Positions 8,955-17,580 of a stretch of DNA of 64,000 nt are shown here, in pieces. Location of the stretch: positions 1,089 through 65,088 of the forward strand of contig CAVPHZ010000001.1 of the NCBI GenBank assembly GCA_963704905.1. Direction: 5' to 3'. Positions within the stretch are counted from its first letter, which is position 1. Every line of letters begins with the position of its first letter. Source of the stretch: Candidatus Chisholmbacteria bacterium (lineage in GTDB: Bacteria > Patescibacteriota > Microgenomatia > UBA1400 > Chisholmbacteraceae). The translations under genes were made by a program, and so were the position numbers. The notes beneath the pieces were generated by a model, which did no database searches, was not told the origin of the DNA, and saw nothing but the letters and a program-made list of their open reading frames with translations.

Positions 8955-10682
8955 TTATCCAAATGTAAAAGCAAATAGTTCTAGATTGTTATCTTGGAAG
9001 ATTAGCTTGAGAGTATGTTTTCCAGGACTATCTAAACGGATGAGTTTGTAGAGCCTGTCCTTATCCACAGTTATAATTCCATCATCTACGTCTGCCCCCT
9101 TGTTGGTGGCGTCAACCGTCTGGCCATCAAGTGTTACTTCAATCCTACCGGCGCCGTTTTTCGACCTCATGACAAGAAATACTTCACTGGCTTCAAAATT
9201 TAAAATCAATGATCCACCTTGAGTTGGCTTTGCATATTCTTCTCCGATTTCCCAAGTGCTGGTATACGCAAAGCGATTGGGAAGTAAAGTATTGGGAGCT
9301 GAATATTCTTGTGGTGCGTTTTGGATGATGCGCTCTGGTGATTGAAAGTATTCGATTCTACCATAGCCCAAATAGAGCTCCGGTGTACGAGCTGTAATCG
9401 TATATTCAGGATTATCAATAGTTGTTTGGTTAACTTCAGTACCTGCTTCTTTGAGTAATGTTTGTATCACTTTTTCTGTTTCGTCGTAATCACCTTCACC
9501 ATAGTGGTGGTAACGAATATTCCCCTTCGCATCGATAAGATATTTTGCAGGCCAGTAATGATTGTCGTATGCTCGCCAAGTTGCGTAGTCATTATCCTGC
9601 ATGATTGGGTACGTTAACTCAAAGTCGTTGACGGCATCTTTTAGATTGTTAATGTCTTTTTCAAATTCAAACTCAGGTGTATGGACACCAATAATTACAA
9701 GTCCTTCATCACCATACTTTTCATTCCAACTCTTAAGGTAAGGTAGTGTTCGGATGCAATTAATGCAGGTGTAGGTCCAAAAGTCGATCAGGACAACTTT
9801 TCCCCGCAATTGCTCAAGTGTGAGCGGATCGCTATTTACCCATTCTCCACCAGGTATGAGATTTGGCGCAGTTCCTTCCTCTTCGAGCATTTCAAACATT
9901 GGTCTTCCCTTCTCTTCTGATTTTCCATTTGCATCTCCACGAAGACTTTGGAGTTCTTTTTGCACTGCTTGGTTTTCTTCCAACTTTGTCAGGCCTGTTC
10001 CATAGCTTGGGAAAGCATCTAGCACGAAGGTCTGAATTTTTCGATCGTAGTTAAAGTGTATGCCAATTGCTGTCAGGATCATCAGCATTCCAAAGGCTTT
10101 TTGAATTTTGCCAGTGTTGCTCACAAGCGTAGGTACTCGTGAGAGGAGTCCCTTTCCACCATAGAGAATTGCGAGCATCGGTAGTGCTGTGCCTACTGAA
10201 TACGCAAGCGTAATCATGAAGCTGGCTTGGGTAACCTCTCCGGTTAAAGCAAGTGAAATTACCGAGGCAAGAATTGGCCCAACACATGGGGTCCATATGA
10301 GACCAATACTTATACCGACAAGAAGACCGCCAAAAAAACCTTGGCCGCTTGTTGATGTTGGAACGATACCTGATAATTTTGAAAAGAGTTTTTCCATCTC
10401 GAGCTGAAATCGAGGTACGAGCAGGCTTACACCAAACAACCCCACAACGAGCACGGAGAGCACGCGTAAACTGTCAGCAGGTATACCAATTGCTTTCACA
10501 ATTGCAGTGAGAAATAAGGTGAAAAAGGTGAAGCTGATAATAAATCCCGTGACTACACCAAAAGGCCGTCTTTTACCACCTGAAACAGAACTCGATAACA
10601 CTATCGGGAGAATAGGTAAGATGCAAGGAGAAAGTATAGTTACAACTCCTGCCAAAAATGCAAAGCTAATGAGAACAATCAT
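8955..10682 (-). CDS. CcdA/DsbD-type thiol-disulfide transporter fused to a TlpA-like thioredoxin domain and a C-terminal beta-rich domain
   Basis: N-terminal 6-8 TM region with two Cys (LSPCILPIL, WTPCVGPIL) as in the DsbD / cytochrome c biogenesis family. Then WTYTCINC (CxxC) in a thioredoxin fold. A ~150-aa C-terminal domain is of unknown type. Confidence 0.8.
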   Translation of the reverse strand: MIVLISFAFLAGVVTILSPCILPILPIVLSSSVSGGKRRPFGVVTGFIISFTFFTLFLTAIVKAIGIPADSLRVLSVLVVGLFGVSLLVPRFQLEMEKLFSKLSGIVPTSTSGQGFFGGLLVGISIGLIWTPCVGPILASVISLALTGEVTQASFMITLAYSVGTALPMLAILYGGKGLLSRVPTLVSNTGKIQKAFGMLMILTAIGIHFNYDRKIQTFVLDAFPSYGTGLTKLEENQAVQKELQSLRGDANGKSEEKGRPMFEMLEEEGTAPNLIPGGEWVNSDPLTLEQLRGKVVLIDFWTYTCINCIRTLPYLKSWNEKYGDEGLVIIGVHTPEFEFEKDINNLKDAVNDFELTYPIMQDNDYATWRAYDNHYWPAKYLIDAKGNIRYHHYGEGDYDETEKVIQTLLKEAGTEVNQTTIDNPEYTITARTPELYLGYGRIEYFQSPERIIQNAPQEYSAPNTLLPNRFAYTSTWEIGEEYAKPTQGGSLILNFEASEVFLVMRSKNGAGRIEVTLDGQTVDATNKGADVDDGIITVDKDRLYKLIRLDSPGKHTLKLIFQDNNLELFAFTFG

Positions 10683-10694
10683 ACATCAAACTTT

Positions 10695-10985
10695 CTACCT
10701 ATCCCCCATCATGATGTCATTGTCATCCATCATTGTTTCACCTTCCGATGTCGCCTCTTTATCCTCCATCATTGCGTCATCGTCTTCCATCATTTTATCT
10801 TCATTATCCATCATTGCGTCATCGTCTTCCATCATTTTATCTTCATTCTCCATCATTTCTTCTGATGTTTCTCCAGTTGTTGTCGGAGCAAATGCAGATT
10901 GCTGAGATTGAAGTAATACATAACCAAAGACTAGCGCGATAATTCCAATGATTACTATTATTGTTGTCTTATTCATATATATCAC
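10695..10985 (-). CDS. membrane-anchored acidic Met-Met repeat protein
   Basis: One N-terminal TM helix, then MMENEDKMMEDDDAMMDNEDKMMEDDDAMMEDKEATSEGETMMDDNDIMMGD with nine Met-Met dipeptides. Encoded by a ~45-bp tandem repeat at 10761-10852. Lies 12 bp upstream of the CcdA-Trx gene on the same strand. Confidence 0.55.
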   Translation of the reverse strand: MIYMNKTTIIVIIGIIALVFGYVLLQSQQSAFAPTTTGETSEEMMENEDKMMEDDDAMMDNEDKMMEDDDAMMEDKEATSEGETMMDDNDIMMGDR

Positions 10986-11042
10986 CTCCTTTGCTAATAC
11001 ATACTAAGGTATTTCAGAGATAATTGTCAAGTATACTTTACA

Positions 11043-11411
11043 TCATTGACGGATGCGGCTATACATTCTGGATGCTATCTTGGAGAGCACCATCAAAGAT
11101 AGAGTGTAGACTAACCAGGGATCGACATTATGTCTGAAGCTCTGAATAACTACACCCAAAATAAGCATCGATGTTCCTGTTAAAAACGATATTCTACCGG
11201 CATTAAGTCTATGAAATTCTTCCCTTTCATCTGTAGATCGCTCCATCCAGATTAACGAAGCAAATACGATGAATGCCAGAATGAGAAGTACGCTTGCCAT
11301 GAGTGCAAATGAATCTGGCATTAATAGCTTGGTTGGCTGAATAAAGAGCAATAAAATACTCAGCATGATGCCTGCTGTGATGATTTCACTTCTAAGGTTA
11401 TTATTTCTCAT
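11043..11411 (-). CDS. 4-TM membrane protein (DUF2975-like partner of an XRE regulator)
   Basis: Hydrophobic 122-aa protein. Start overlaps the stop of the upstream XRE gene. Confidence 0.45.
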   Translation of the reverse strand: MRNNNLRSEIITAGIMLSILLLFIQPTKLLMPDSFALMASVLLILAFIVFASLIWMERSTDEREEFHRLNAGRISFLTGTSMLILGVVIQSFRHNVDPWLVYTLSLMVLSKIASRMYSRIRQ

Positions 11412-11614
11412 GATTCTATTGTAAATATTTTTTCAACCGGTGTCTTGAAGTATTTTGAAATTTTTATTGCAAGAGAGACTGATGGTGTGTAATTCCCTTT
11501 CTCAATCGCAATTATCGTTTGCCTTGTCACATTTACAACATCGGCCAATTCTTCCTGAGTGGTTTTATTTTTTTTACGTAGACTATAAACGTTGTTGTTT
11601 ACTTTTTCCTTCAT
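11408..11614 (-). CDS. XRE-family helix-turn-helix transcriptional regulator
   Basis: LRKKNKTTQEELADVVNVTRQTIIAIEKGNYTPSVSLAIKISKYF is a classic Cro/C1 HTH. Confidence 0.8.
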   Translation of the reverse strand: MKEKVNNNVYSLRKKNKTTQEELADVVNVTRQTIIAIEKGNYTPSVSLAIKISKYFKTPVEKIFTIES

Positions 11615-11797
11615 TTATTCGCTCTATTCATCATCCTTATACCATACCTTGCCGTTTCATATCACATTTTATGAAACTCCGCTGACACCCTAGCGGAGAA
11701 TATTTTTTTACTACATTGTAGTTACTGAAATATTAATAAGGGGTATTCCTATTTGAAGTTCTTTAACGGTATCAATCCAGTTTTTCAAACGCAGTTA

Positions 11798-11825
11798 AAT
11801 TAACTCCATGTAGGGTCACGATTAT
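11798..11825. repeat. partial fifth copy of the intergenic motif (TAACTCCATGTAGGGTCACGAT)
   Basis: Matches the 3' half of copy A (TAACTAAACGTGGGGTCACGAT) at 18 of 22 nt. Confidence 0.45.
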
Positions 11826-11910
11826 ATTCGTGGTCTATGAATCATTTTAATTATCTTGTGAAAGCGATATACGAAATTGCTGATATAGAATTCAAAATAT
11901 TTTTTTATTA

Positions 11911-12384
11911 CTATTTTTTGTTCATCTGATTTTCTAAATGTTTCTCAATCTTCTCAACGTTAGTCGGCTTAAGCATTTCCTGAAGTGTTTTATCGCTAGA
12001 AACATCGACTCCAGAATGCTGACAGAGTTTAGTAACCAGCTCGAGAATTTTAGTTATTTCTTCTTCCGTTACGATGTCTACTTGTAAATCTGCTTCCTCT
12101 CTTAGACTGTTGACTTTTTCTTCTCTGTTTTGAGAAACGAGAACAATGACTGAGAGTATGATCGCTTCTAATGAGACGATCATGGTCAAGAGACCAAATG
12201 GAAATGGGTCGAATGGTTTGACTTTCGGATTGAAACCGAGATTGAGAACAATCCAAACTATAAACCAAGCAACATTCAACAGTAAAAATGCAATACTTCC
12301 GAATTTGGAGGTTAGCCAGTCAGCGATCTTTTCTAAAGTACTGCGTTGCGCATCGGCTTTCGCTTTAATACTTTTAATAATCAT
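11911..12384 (-). CDS. DUF1003 family membrane protein
   Basis: Two TM helices with the conserved FDPFPFGLL...SLEAIILSVIVLVSQNR pattern. Confidence 0.65.
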   Translation of the reverse strand: MIIKSIKAKADAQRSTLEKIADWLTSKFGSIAFLLLNVAWFIVWIVLNLGFNPKVKPFDPFPFGLLTMIVSLEAIILSVIVLVSQNREEKVNSLREEADLQVDIVTEEEITKILELVTKLCQHSGVDVSSDKTLQEMLKPTNVEKIEKHLENQMNKK

Positions 12385-12520
12385 ATGTTAATTCCTTATT
12401 ATCTTATTACTTGAATAAGTGGATATGTTATTCTTTCAAAAAAATAAACTGGTCATGTGCCTTAATCTACATCCAGCATTAAGGCTGGGAGAATATCCTT
12501 TTTATAATAATACAACCTTT

Positions 12521-12558
12521 TTCAACAGGGTGTTCGAAATAACAAAACGCGGGGGACC
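12521..12558. repeat. conserved intergenic motif, copy D (TTCAACAGGGTGTTCGAAATAACAAAACGCGGGGGACCA)
   Basis: Shares the extended 5' part with copy A. Followed at 12578-12593 by a 16-nt perfect palindrome TTCTAGAGCTCTAGAA. Confidence 0.75.
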
Positions 12559-12793
12559 ATCGTCTTGAGTCAATACTTTCTAGAGCTCTAGAACACAAGA
12601 AATCAGTATTACCTTCTCTTGTTTTCTTAGTAATTCCTGATATACTGATATCATTAGTTCTTTTGAAATACTTGAACTACTAGCTTAATTTTTTCTAATT
12701 GATCTTCTTTGGTTATTAAATGAAATCTCCCCTAGAAGCGAATAGACAAATTCCCAAGTAGTGATTCAAAAAGTGAATTGGAGGTGAAAAGAA

Positions 12794-13081
12794 ATGGCTA
12801 CCAAACTATATGTTGGTAATTTGGACTATAACGTCACAAGCGACCAACTCGGAGAGCACTTTGCCCAGGCTGGAAAAGTTGTTGAGGTCAATGTGATAAG
12901 TGACCGTTTTTCAGGTCGATCTAAAGGTTTTGCATTTGTTGAAATGGGAAGTGAAAAAGAAGCAAAAGAGGCAATAACGCTGTTGAATGATAAGGATTTT
13001 CTAGGAAGAAACATTATTGTTAACGAAGCGAGACCAAAAACTGACTCAAATTTCAGACCTAATCAGCGATCAAGTTATTAA
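12794..13081 (+). CDS. RRM-domain RNA-binding protein
   Basis: RNP-2 KLYVGNL and RNP-1 KGFAFVEM motifs. Confidence 0.85.
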   Translation: MATKLYVGNLDYNVTSDQLGEHFAQAGKVVEVNVISDRFSGRSKGFAFVEMGSEKEAKEAITLLNDKDFLGRNIIVNEARPKTDSNFRPNQRSSY

Positions 13082-13123
13082 CTTTTAATTATTTCTATTT
13101 CTCAATAAGGGAGACTACGTACA

Positions 13124-13630
13124 ATGAATGACAGTAAATCATTTCGGGTCGGGGGGATGATCGTTAGGTTCGGTGAAGTGTGTCAAATTATTAGAATTGA
13201 GAAAAAAGATAATGCTGATGGAATTTCAGAAGAAATACTGGTTTATAAACCATATTATGCTGGGCAACAAGTCAATGAAGTGACTTATTCTATCTCAGTT
13301 AATAACTTGTCTTTAGCTTCAATACGAAAACCAATTTCTCAGAAAGGGTTGTTAGACTTAATCGAAGTTCTTTCTAAAACGATCGAAACTGATGTGCCTA
13401 TCAATATTATTGAATCCAAAGAAGCCTTCAATTCAAATGATCCGCATGATATTGCATATACTTTAAAAAGAATCTGGACTGAAAAAAAAGATAATGCTGA
13501 TGGAATAAGTAAGTCAAAAAGTGATCTTTACAAGACTTATATGAAAATATTAGTTGAGGAAGTCGCACTTCTTAATAAGACTACCATCATTGAGGCTGAA
13601 AAAATAATAACGAATGCACTAGAGAATTAG
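13124..13630 (+). CDS. hypothetical protein, possibly CarD/CdnL-like N-terminal domain, with an internal repeat
   Basis: N-terminus FRVGGMIVRFGEVCQIIRIEKK...EILVYKPYY resembles the CarD Tudor-like domain. The peptide EKKDNADGIS occurs twice, encoded by a ~23-nt direct repeat at about 13203-13225 and 13486-13508. Confidence 0.35.
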   Translation: MNDSKSFRVGGMIVRFGEVCQIIRIEKKDNADGISEEILVYKPYYAGQQVNEVTYSISVNNLSLASIRKPISQKGLLDLIEVLSKTIETDVPINIIESKEAFNSNDPHDIAYTLKRIWTEKKDNADGISKSKSDLYKTYMKILVEEVALLNKTTIIEAEKIITNALEN

Positions 13631-13975
13631 ATGAACAAGAAAATTAAGAAAACTGCAATGCGAACACCGTTTGGTGATTATATCAATGAGCTTGAGCGAA
13701 TTGATAAAGATTTGAAAGACAGTGATGAATATGGTTCTTTTCTTATCTTGACATTAGTAGAAGAGATCGGAGAAATGGCAAGAGCTTATCTTGCAAAGCA
13801 TGGTAGGAAGAAGACTAATATTGCAGCGCAAAAAGATGAAACATATGAACAGGAATTGGGAGATATTGTAGTTGCCATCTTACGATTTGCACGCATTAAG
13901 AACATTAATTTAGATCAAAGAGTTAAGTATTCAATGAAAAAGATATCTAGGAGACGAAAGGATCCTAAGATATAG
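13631..13975 (+). CDS. MazG-like nucleotide pyrophosphohydrolase (small single-domain)
   Basis: EEIGEMARAY and ELGDIVVAILRFA helices characteristic of the all-alpha NTP-PPase fold. Confidence 0.65.
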   Translation: MNKKIKKTAMRTPFGDYINELERIDKDLKDSDEYGSFLILTLVEEIGEMARAYLAKHGRKKTNIAAQKDETYEQELGDIVVAILRFARIKNINLDQRVKYSMKKISRRRKDPKI

Positions 13976-14122
13976 ACATTTCATTCAAACAATATCTTGC
14001 TAGCTGGCAGGTTATATTATCAAGCTACTGTTCAATACAATTTACAGGCAAAAATTGCAAAGGCTTCTCTAATTATTTCCTGAAACACTCTTCATGAGGG
14101 GCTTAAGAAAGATCACCAATAC

Positions 14123-14635
14123 TTAGTATCCAAACTTCTCTTTATACTCGTTGCGAAGATTCTCAAGTCGTTGTTTTATTGCGTGAGGATTTTCAACCTT
14201 ATCGATCAATACTTCTGCCTGTCCTGTTCCAGCAGTGTTAATAATGATAGCTCCCGTATTAAATAACCATTTCTCGATTACATTATCTCTAACTTGGATA
14301 TCAGTGATTTTGTTGAAATCTACACTTGTAAGATTTCTCGATAACCAACCTTGGTGAATTAATACTCTTTTGTTAGTAAACGCATACCGAAATGCTTGAG
14401 ATAAATAAAATTTGAAGTAGAATAGCGTATACAATAGAAAGAATATACCAATAATTAAAATCGCTGTTAAGATGCCTAGACTCATACCTATGAGAAATCC
14501 TCTATGGAGATATTTTTCACCGGGACCAAAGTCGAGTTTAATTTCCTCTCCGCGAGTAAGAACTTTATTCCAATCAAAGTGTTGGGTTAACTTGCTTGGT
14601 ATAGCCATACTTGAATACTGATCGTATTGTAGCAA
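14123..14635 (-). CDS. bacterial PH-domain (bPH_2 / DUF304) membrane protein
   Basis: Two TM helices followed by KRVLIHQGWLSRNLTSVDFNKITDIQVRDNVIEKWLFNTGAIII, as in the YdbS/YdbT family. Confidence 0.65.
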   Translation of the reverse strand: MLQYDQYSSMAIPSKLTQHFDWNKVLTRGEEIKLDFGPGEKYLHRGFLIGMSLGILTAILIIGIFFLLYTLFYFKFYLSQAFRYAFTNKRVLIHQGWLSRNLTSVDFNKITDIQVRDNVIEKWLFNTGAIIINTAGTGQAEVLIDKVENPHAIKQRLENLRNEYKEKFGY

Positions 14636-14710
14636 ACTTTTCTAAAATGATGAGATGTATATATCCATGCAGTTGCGGTAATAGTCTCGAGTTGTTATGA
14701 TGTTTTACAC

Positions 14711-14926
14711 ATGTGTTTTGCTTTGCCGCTTCAAGTTACATCTGTAAAAAAAACTCAGGCTATAATGGAGGACGGTCGGCATGTTAACCTGGCTATGATT
14801 GGAAAAGTAACAAAAGGTGATTGGTTACTTGTAAAATCCAACTTAGCATTTGAAAAACTGAGTAAGAAAGACGCGATATCCATTCGTTCAGCTATCAAGG
14901 AGGTTTCTGATGAACTCAAAATTTAA
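14711..14926 (+). CDS. hypC: [NiFe]-hydrogenase assembly chaperone HypC/HupF family
   Basis: N-terminal MCFALP (HypC signature MC-x-x-x-P with Cys2) and GDWLLVKSNLAFEKL matching HypC's GQWVLVHVGFAM region. 71 aa. Confidence 0.7.
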   Translation: MCFALPLQVTSVKKTQAIMEDGRHVNLAMIGKVTKGDWLLVKSNLAFEKLSKKDAISIRSAIKEVSDELKI

Positions 14927-15836
14927 ACACGGCATCTATCTGGCGCTCGGAACGGCACTGTTTTCAGGTGTTGCTAATTTTGCAAATAAGTTTGCTTTAC
15001 AATCAGTTAGTGATCCACTTGTTCACACAACTGCAAAAAATATTTTGGTTGGGTTACTCGTCATTTCATTGCTATTGGCTTCTAAAAAACTATCTTCTCT
15101 CCGTAATTTAGATCGGAAGCAATTGCTTATGTTATTGGCAATTGGGGTTGTCGGTGGGAGTTTACCTTTCTATTTATTTTTCACAGCTCTTTCACAAATT
15201 CCTGCCATCAATGCTGCCTTAATACATAAAACACTTATCTTTTGGGTTGCCTTGTTAGCACTACCTTTATTGGGGGAAAAAATTTCTATAAAACAGATAG
15301 GTGCATTAGGGCTTATTTTTTCTGCTAATCTTGTGGTTGGAGGATTTAAGGGATTTCAACTTTCTCTACCGGAATTGATGGTCTTAATGGCAACCATCCT
15401 TTGGTCAGTCGAAAATATTATTGGCAAGATCGTACTTCGTACTGTTGATCCTGATATTGTTGTTGCAGCGAGAATGGGAATTGGTTCAATGATTCTTCTT
15501 GGAGCGGTTTTATTATCAGGTAAAACACCCATACTCACCTCACTTTCTATTCATCAGTTGAGTTTAGTTGGGCTGACTTCCCTATTACTATTTGGATACG
15601 TAAGTACATGGTATCGAGCCTTAAAGCATGCTCCGGTTACACTGGTTGCCACGGTTCTTACTCTTGCAACACTTATTACCAATGGGCTTTCTGCGGTTTT
15701 TATCACACGGTCCTTGACGTTTGAGCAATTTTCCCAATTCATACTCATTACTGCTGGTGTTTGGTTTTTTATCGTCACTTCTGGAAAGCTCAAACCCTCA
15801 ACTGAACTCAACCTCTCGACAGCGGTCAAGGTTTAG
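14910..15836 (+). CDS. EamA/DMT-family 10-TM transporter
   Basis: Two EamA-like 5-TM halves. Overlaps the hypC stop. Confidence 0.7.
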   Translation: MNSKFKHGIYLALGTALFSGVANFANKFALQSVSDPLVHTTAKNILVGLLVISLLLASKKLSSLRNLDRKQLLMLLAIGVVGGSLPFYLFFTALSQIPAINAALIHKTLIFWVALLALPLLGEKISIKQIGALGLIFSANLVVGGFKGFQLSLPELMVLMATILWSVENIIGKIVLRTVDPDIVVAARMGIGSMILLGAVLLSGKTPILTSLSIHQLSLVGLTSLLLFGYVSTWYRALKHAPVTLVATVLTLATLITNGLSAVFITRSLTFEQFSQFILITAGVWFFIVTSGKLKPSTELNLSTAVKV

Positions 15837-15838
15837 TC

Positions 15839-16579
15839 ATGGATGGTGTACTTACTTGCGCGCGCTATGCGTTTGCCCCAAACTACTACAAATACTGTGG
15901 ACCAGATGCTAATCGTGGGATTGCTGCGTATCTTAAAGAGGGGGTGTCAGATTCAGGTCTTTCAAGTTACCTTTCAGAATTTGCCGTTCTCTACCCGTAT
16001 TTAAAGCTCATTGCGCATGAAAATGGGTATTCAGATCCTTTTGATCCAAAAGTTGTTGAGGCATATTGGGTTGGAAATCAACTGCTTGAAAAAGTTGGCA
16101 TGGACTCATTTAGCGATCATCTGCTCTATGGTCAGCGATTAAAACATCGAATTCCAAAGAAATCGTTAAAATGGATCATTGATAAAGTTCCAAAGGGAGC
16201 GAAGATTCATCATAGTTTTCATGTTTTTTCTATATTCACCAGGACAGGTCATCACACTGTTGAACATACACTAGATACTATGGATCAATGCAGGATCGGC
16301 TGGGGCAGAATTGTTAAGTCAATAAGAAAAGATCAAACGTTGAACATACGCGTTAAGAGTCAAAAATTGATTTATGAACATGGAAAGATACTATTTAATG
16401 ATGGTGTCTTTAGAGATGTCACTCTCCCAGTTGATAACGATTTTAAATCGTCGCTGAAAATTGGTGATTGGGTATCTTTTCATTGGGGATATGTGTGTGA
16501 CAAAATCACCAAATCTCAGGCATATCGACTTGCCTTTTATACGAAGCATAACTTAGTATTAGCGAATGGAACAATTTAA
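15839..16579 (+). CDS. conserved hypothetical protein with Cys-rich N-terminus inside the hydrogenase locus
   Basis: MDGVLTCARYAFAPNYYKYCGPD... has no family I can name. Translationally coupled with the flanking genes. Confidence 0.45.
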   Translation: MDGVLTCARYAFAPNYYKYCGPDANRGIAAYLKEGVSDSGLSSYLSEFAVLYPYLKLIAHENGYSDPFDPKVVEAYWVGNQLLEKVGMDSFSDHLLYGQRLKHRIPKKSLKWIIDKVPKGAKIHHSFHVFSIFTRTGHHTVEHTLDTMDQCRIGWGRIVKSIRKDQTLNIRVKSQKLIYEHGKILFNDGVFRDVTLPVDNDFKSSLKIGDWVSFHWGYVCDKITKSQAYRLAFYTKHNLVLANGTI

Positions 16580-16591
16580 GATACTATAGTA

Positions 16592-17143
16592 ATGAATAAA
16601 GCGTTACGACTCCTCCTGATAACTGATAGTTTCATCCTCATTTCATCAGCTATGTTCGGTCCTATTTATGCAATCTTTGTACAAGAGATTGGCGGTGGGA
16701 TTTTAGAGGCGAGTTGGGCAGTTGCAGTATTTTCATTTATTACTGGTATTTCACTATATTTTTTCGCACGGTTTGAAGATCAGATGAAAGAACAGGAGCT
16801 CGCGCTAGTATTCGGATACTTCGTTTTGGCAATTGGGTATTTTGGTTATCTATTCGTTCACTCACTTCCCTCTCTTCTTCTTATGCAAGCAATTCTAGGT
16901 ATTGGAAAGGCAGTCTATACTCCTGCATATGATGGGTTGTATTCGATTCATCTTGATAGGAAGAAGGCTGCATCTCAATGGGGAGCTTGGGAGATGATGG
17001 CATATATCATTTCGGGTATTGGTGCTGTTGTTGGTGGACTACTTGCAAATGCATTCGGATTTAGTATTCTTTTTGTCATCATGGGAATGCTATGTGTGTT
17101 TGGAGCTTTTGTAATCTGGCTGCAACCGAGAAAGGTATTATGA
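16592..17143 (+). CDS. 6-TM membrane protein (MFS half-transporter-like)
   Basis: 183 aa, six predicted TM helices. Stop overlaps the protease start (ATGA). Confidence 0.45.
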   Translation: MNKALRLLLITDSFILISSAMFGPIYAIFVQEIGGGILEASWAVAVFSFITGISLYFFARFEDQMKEQELALVFGYFVLAIGYFGYLFVHSLPSLLLMQAILGIGKAVYTPAYDGLYSIHLDRKKAASQWGAWEMMAYIISGIGAVVGGLLANAFGFSILFVIMGMLCVFGAFVIWLQPRKVL

Positions 17144-17580
17144 ATCAGAATTATCCTAAACCACTTGAGATCAAACGCATTAAATTAGACCCGTCGAAAA
17201 AGCGGGTATCAGTATTTGGGAATTCGCTCGTGGATAAAGATTCAATTTCGATTCGAATTCTCCCTGAATTACGAAAACGATTTCCGCACATAGAGTTCTT
17301 GGTAGAGGATCCGACAGAAACACTCAATCCACCGGATGACGAATGGTGGATTATTGACGCTGCTGAAGGAGTGAAACGAGTTGAGCTGATAGAAGATCTT
17401 ACGAAAATAGAGCCGACACAAAGTACCAGTGTTCATGATTATGATCTTTCTTTCGACTTATTTCTTCTGCAAAAACTTGGTAAACTTCCAAAAATGAAGA
17501 TAGTGATTGTGCCGTTTGAGTTTACTGTGAAAAAAGCTGTGAAAGAAGTTACAAGAATCCTCAAAGCCAGCGGATTTTAA
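17140..17580 (+). CDS. [NiFe]-hydrogenase maturation endopeptidase (HycI/HyaD-like)
   Basis: VFGNSLVDKDSISIRILPEL..IIDAAEG..VHDYDL parallels the HycI motifs VGNSMMGDDGAG / IVDA / HNMPL. Start set at the internal ATG at 17140 overlapping the upstream stop. The track ORF begins at 17092. Confidence 0.55.
   Translation: MNQNYPKPLEIKRIKLDPSKKRVSVFGNSLVDKDSISIRILPELRKRFPHIEFLVEDPTETLNPPDDEWWIIDAAEGVKRVELIEDLTKIEPTQSTSVHDYDLSFDLFLLQKLGKLPKMKIVIVPFEFTVKKAVKEVTRILKASGF

Noticed and set aside
10507-10942. Plus-strand ORFs 10507-10905 and 10733-10942 with Ser/Ile-rich repeats
   Set aside because: They are antisense to the CcdA-Trx 5' end and the Met-rich gene. The repeat they show is just the complement of the Met-Met tandem repeat.
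12050-12391. ORFs 12050-12268 (minus) and 12146-12391 (plus) overlapping the DUF1003 gene
   Set aside because: They are Arg/Ser-rich alternative frames. The DUF1003 frame has the conserved family pattern.
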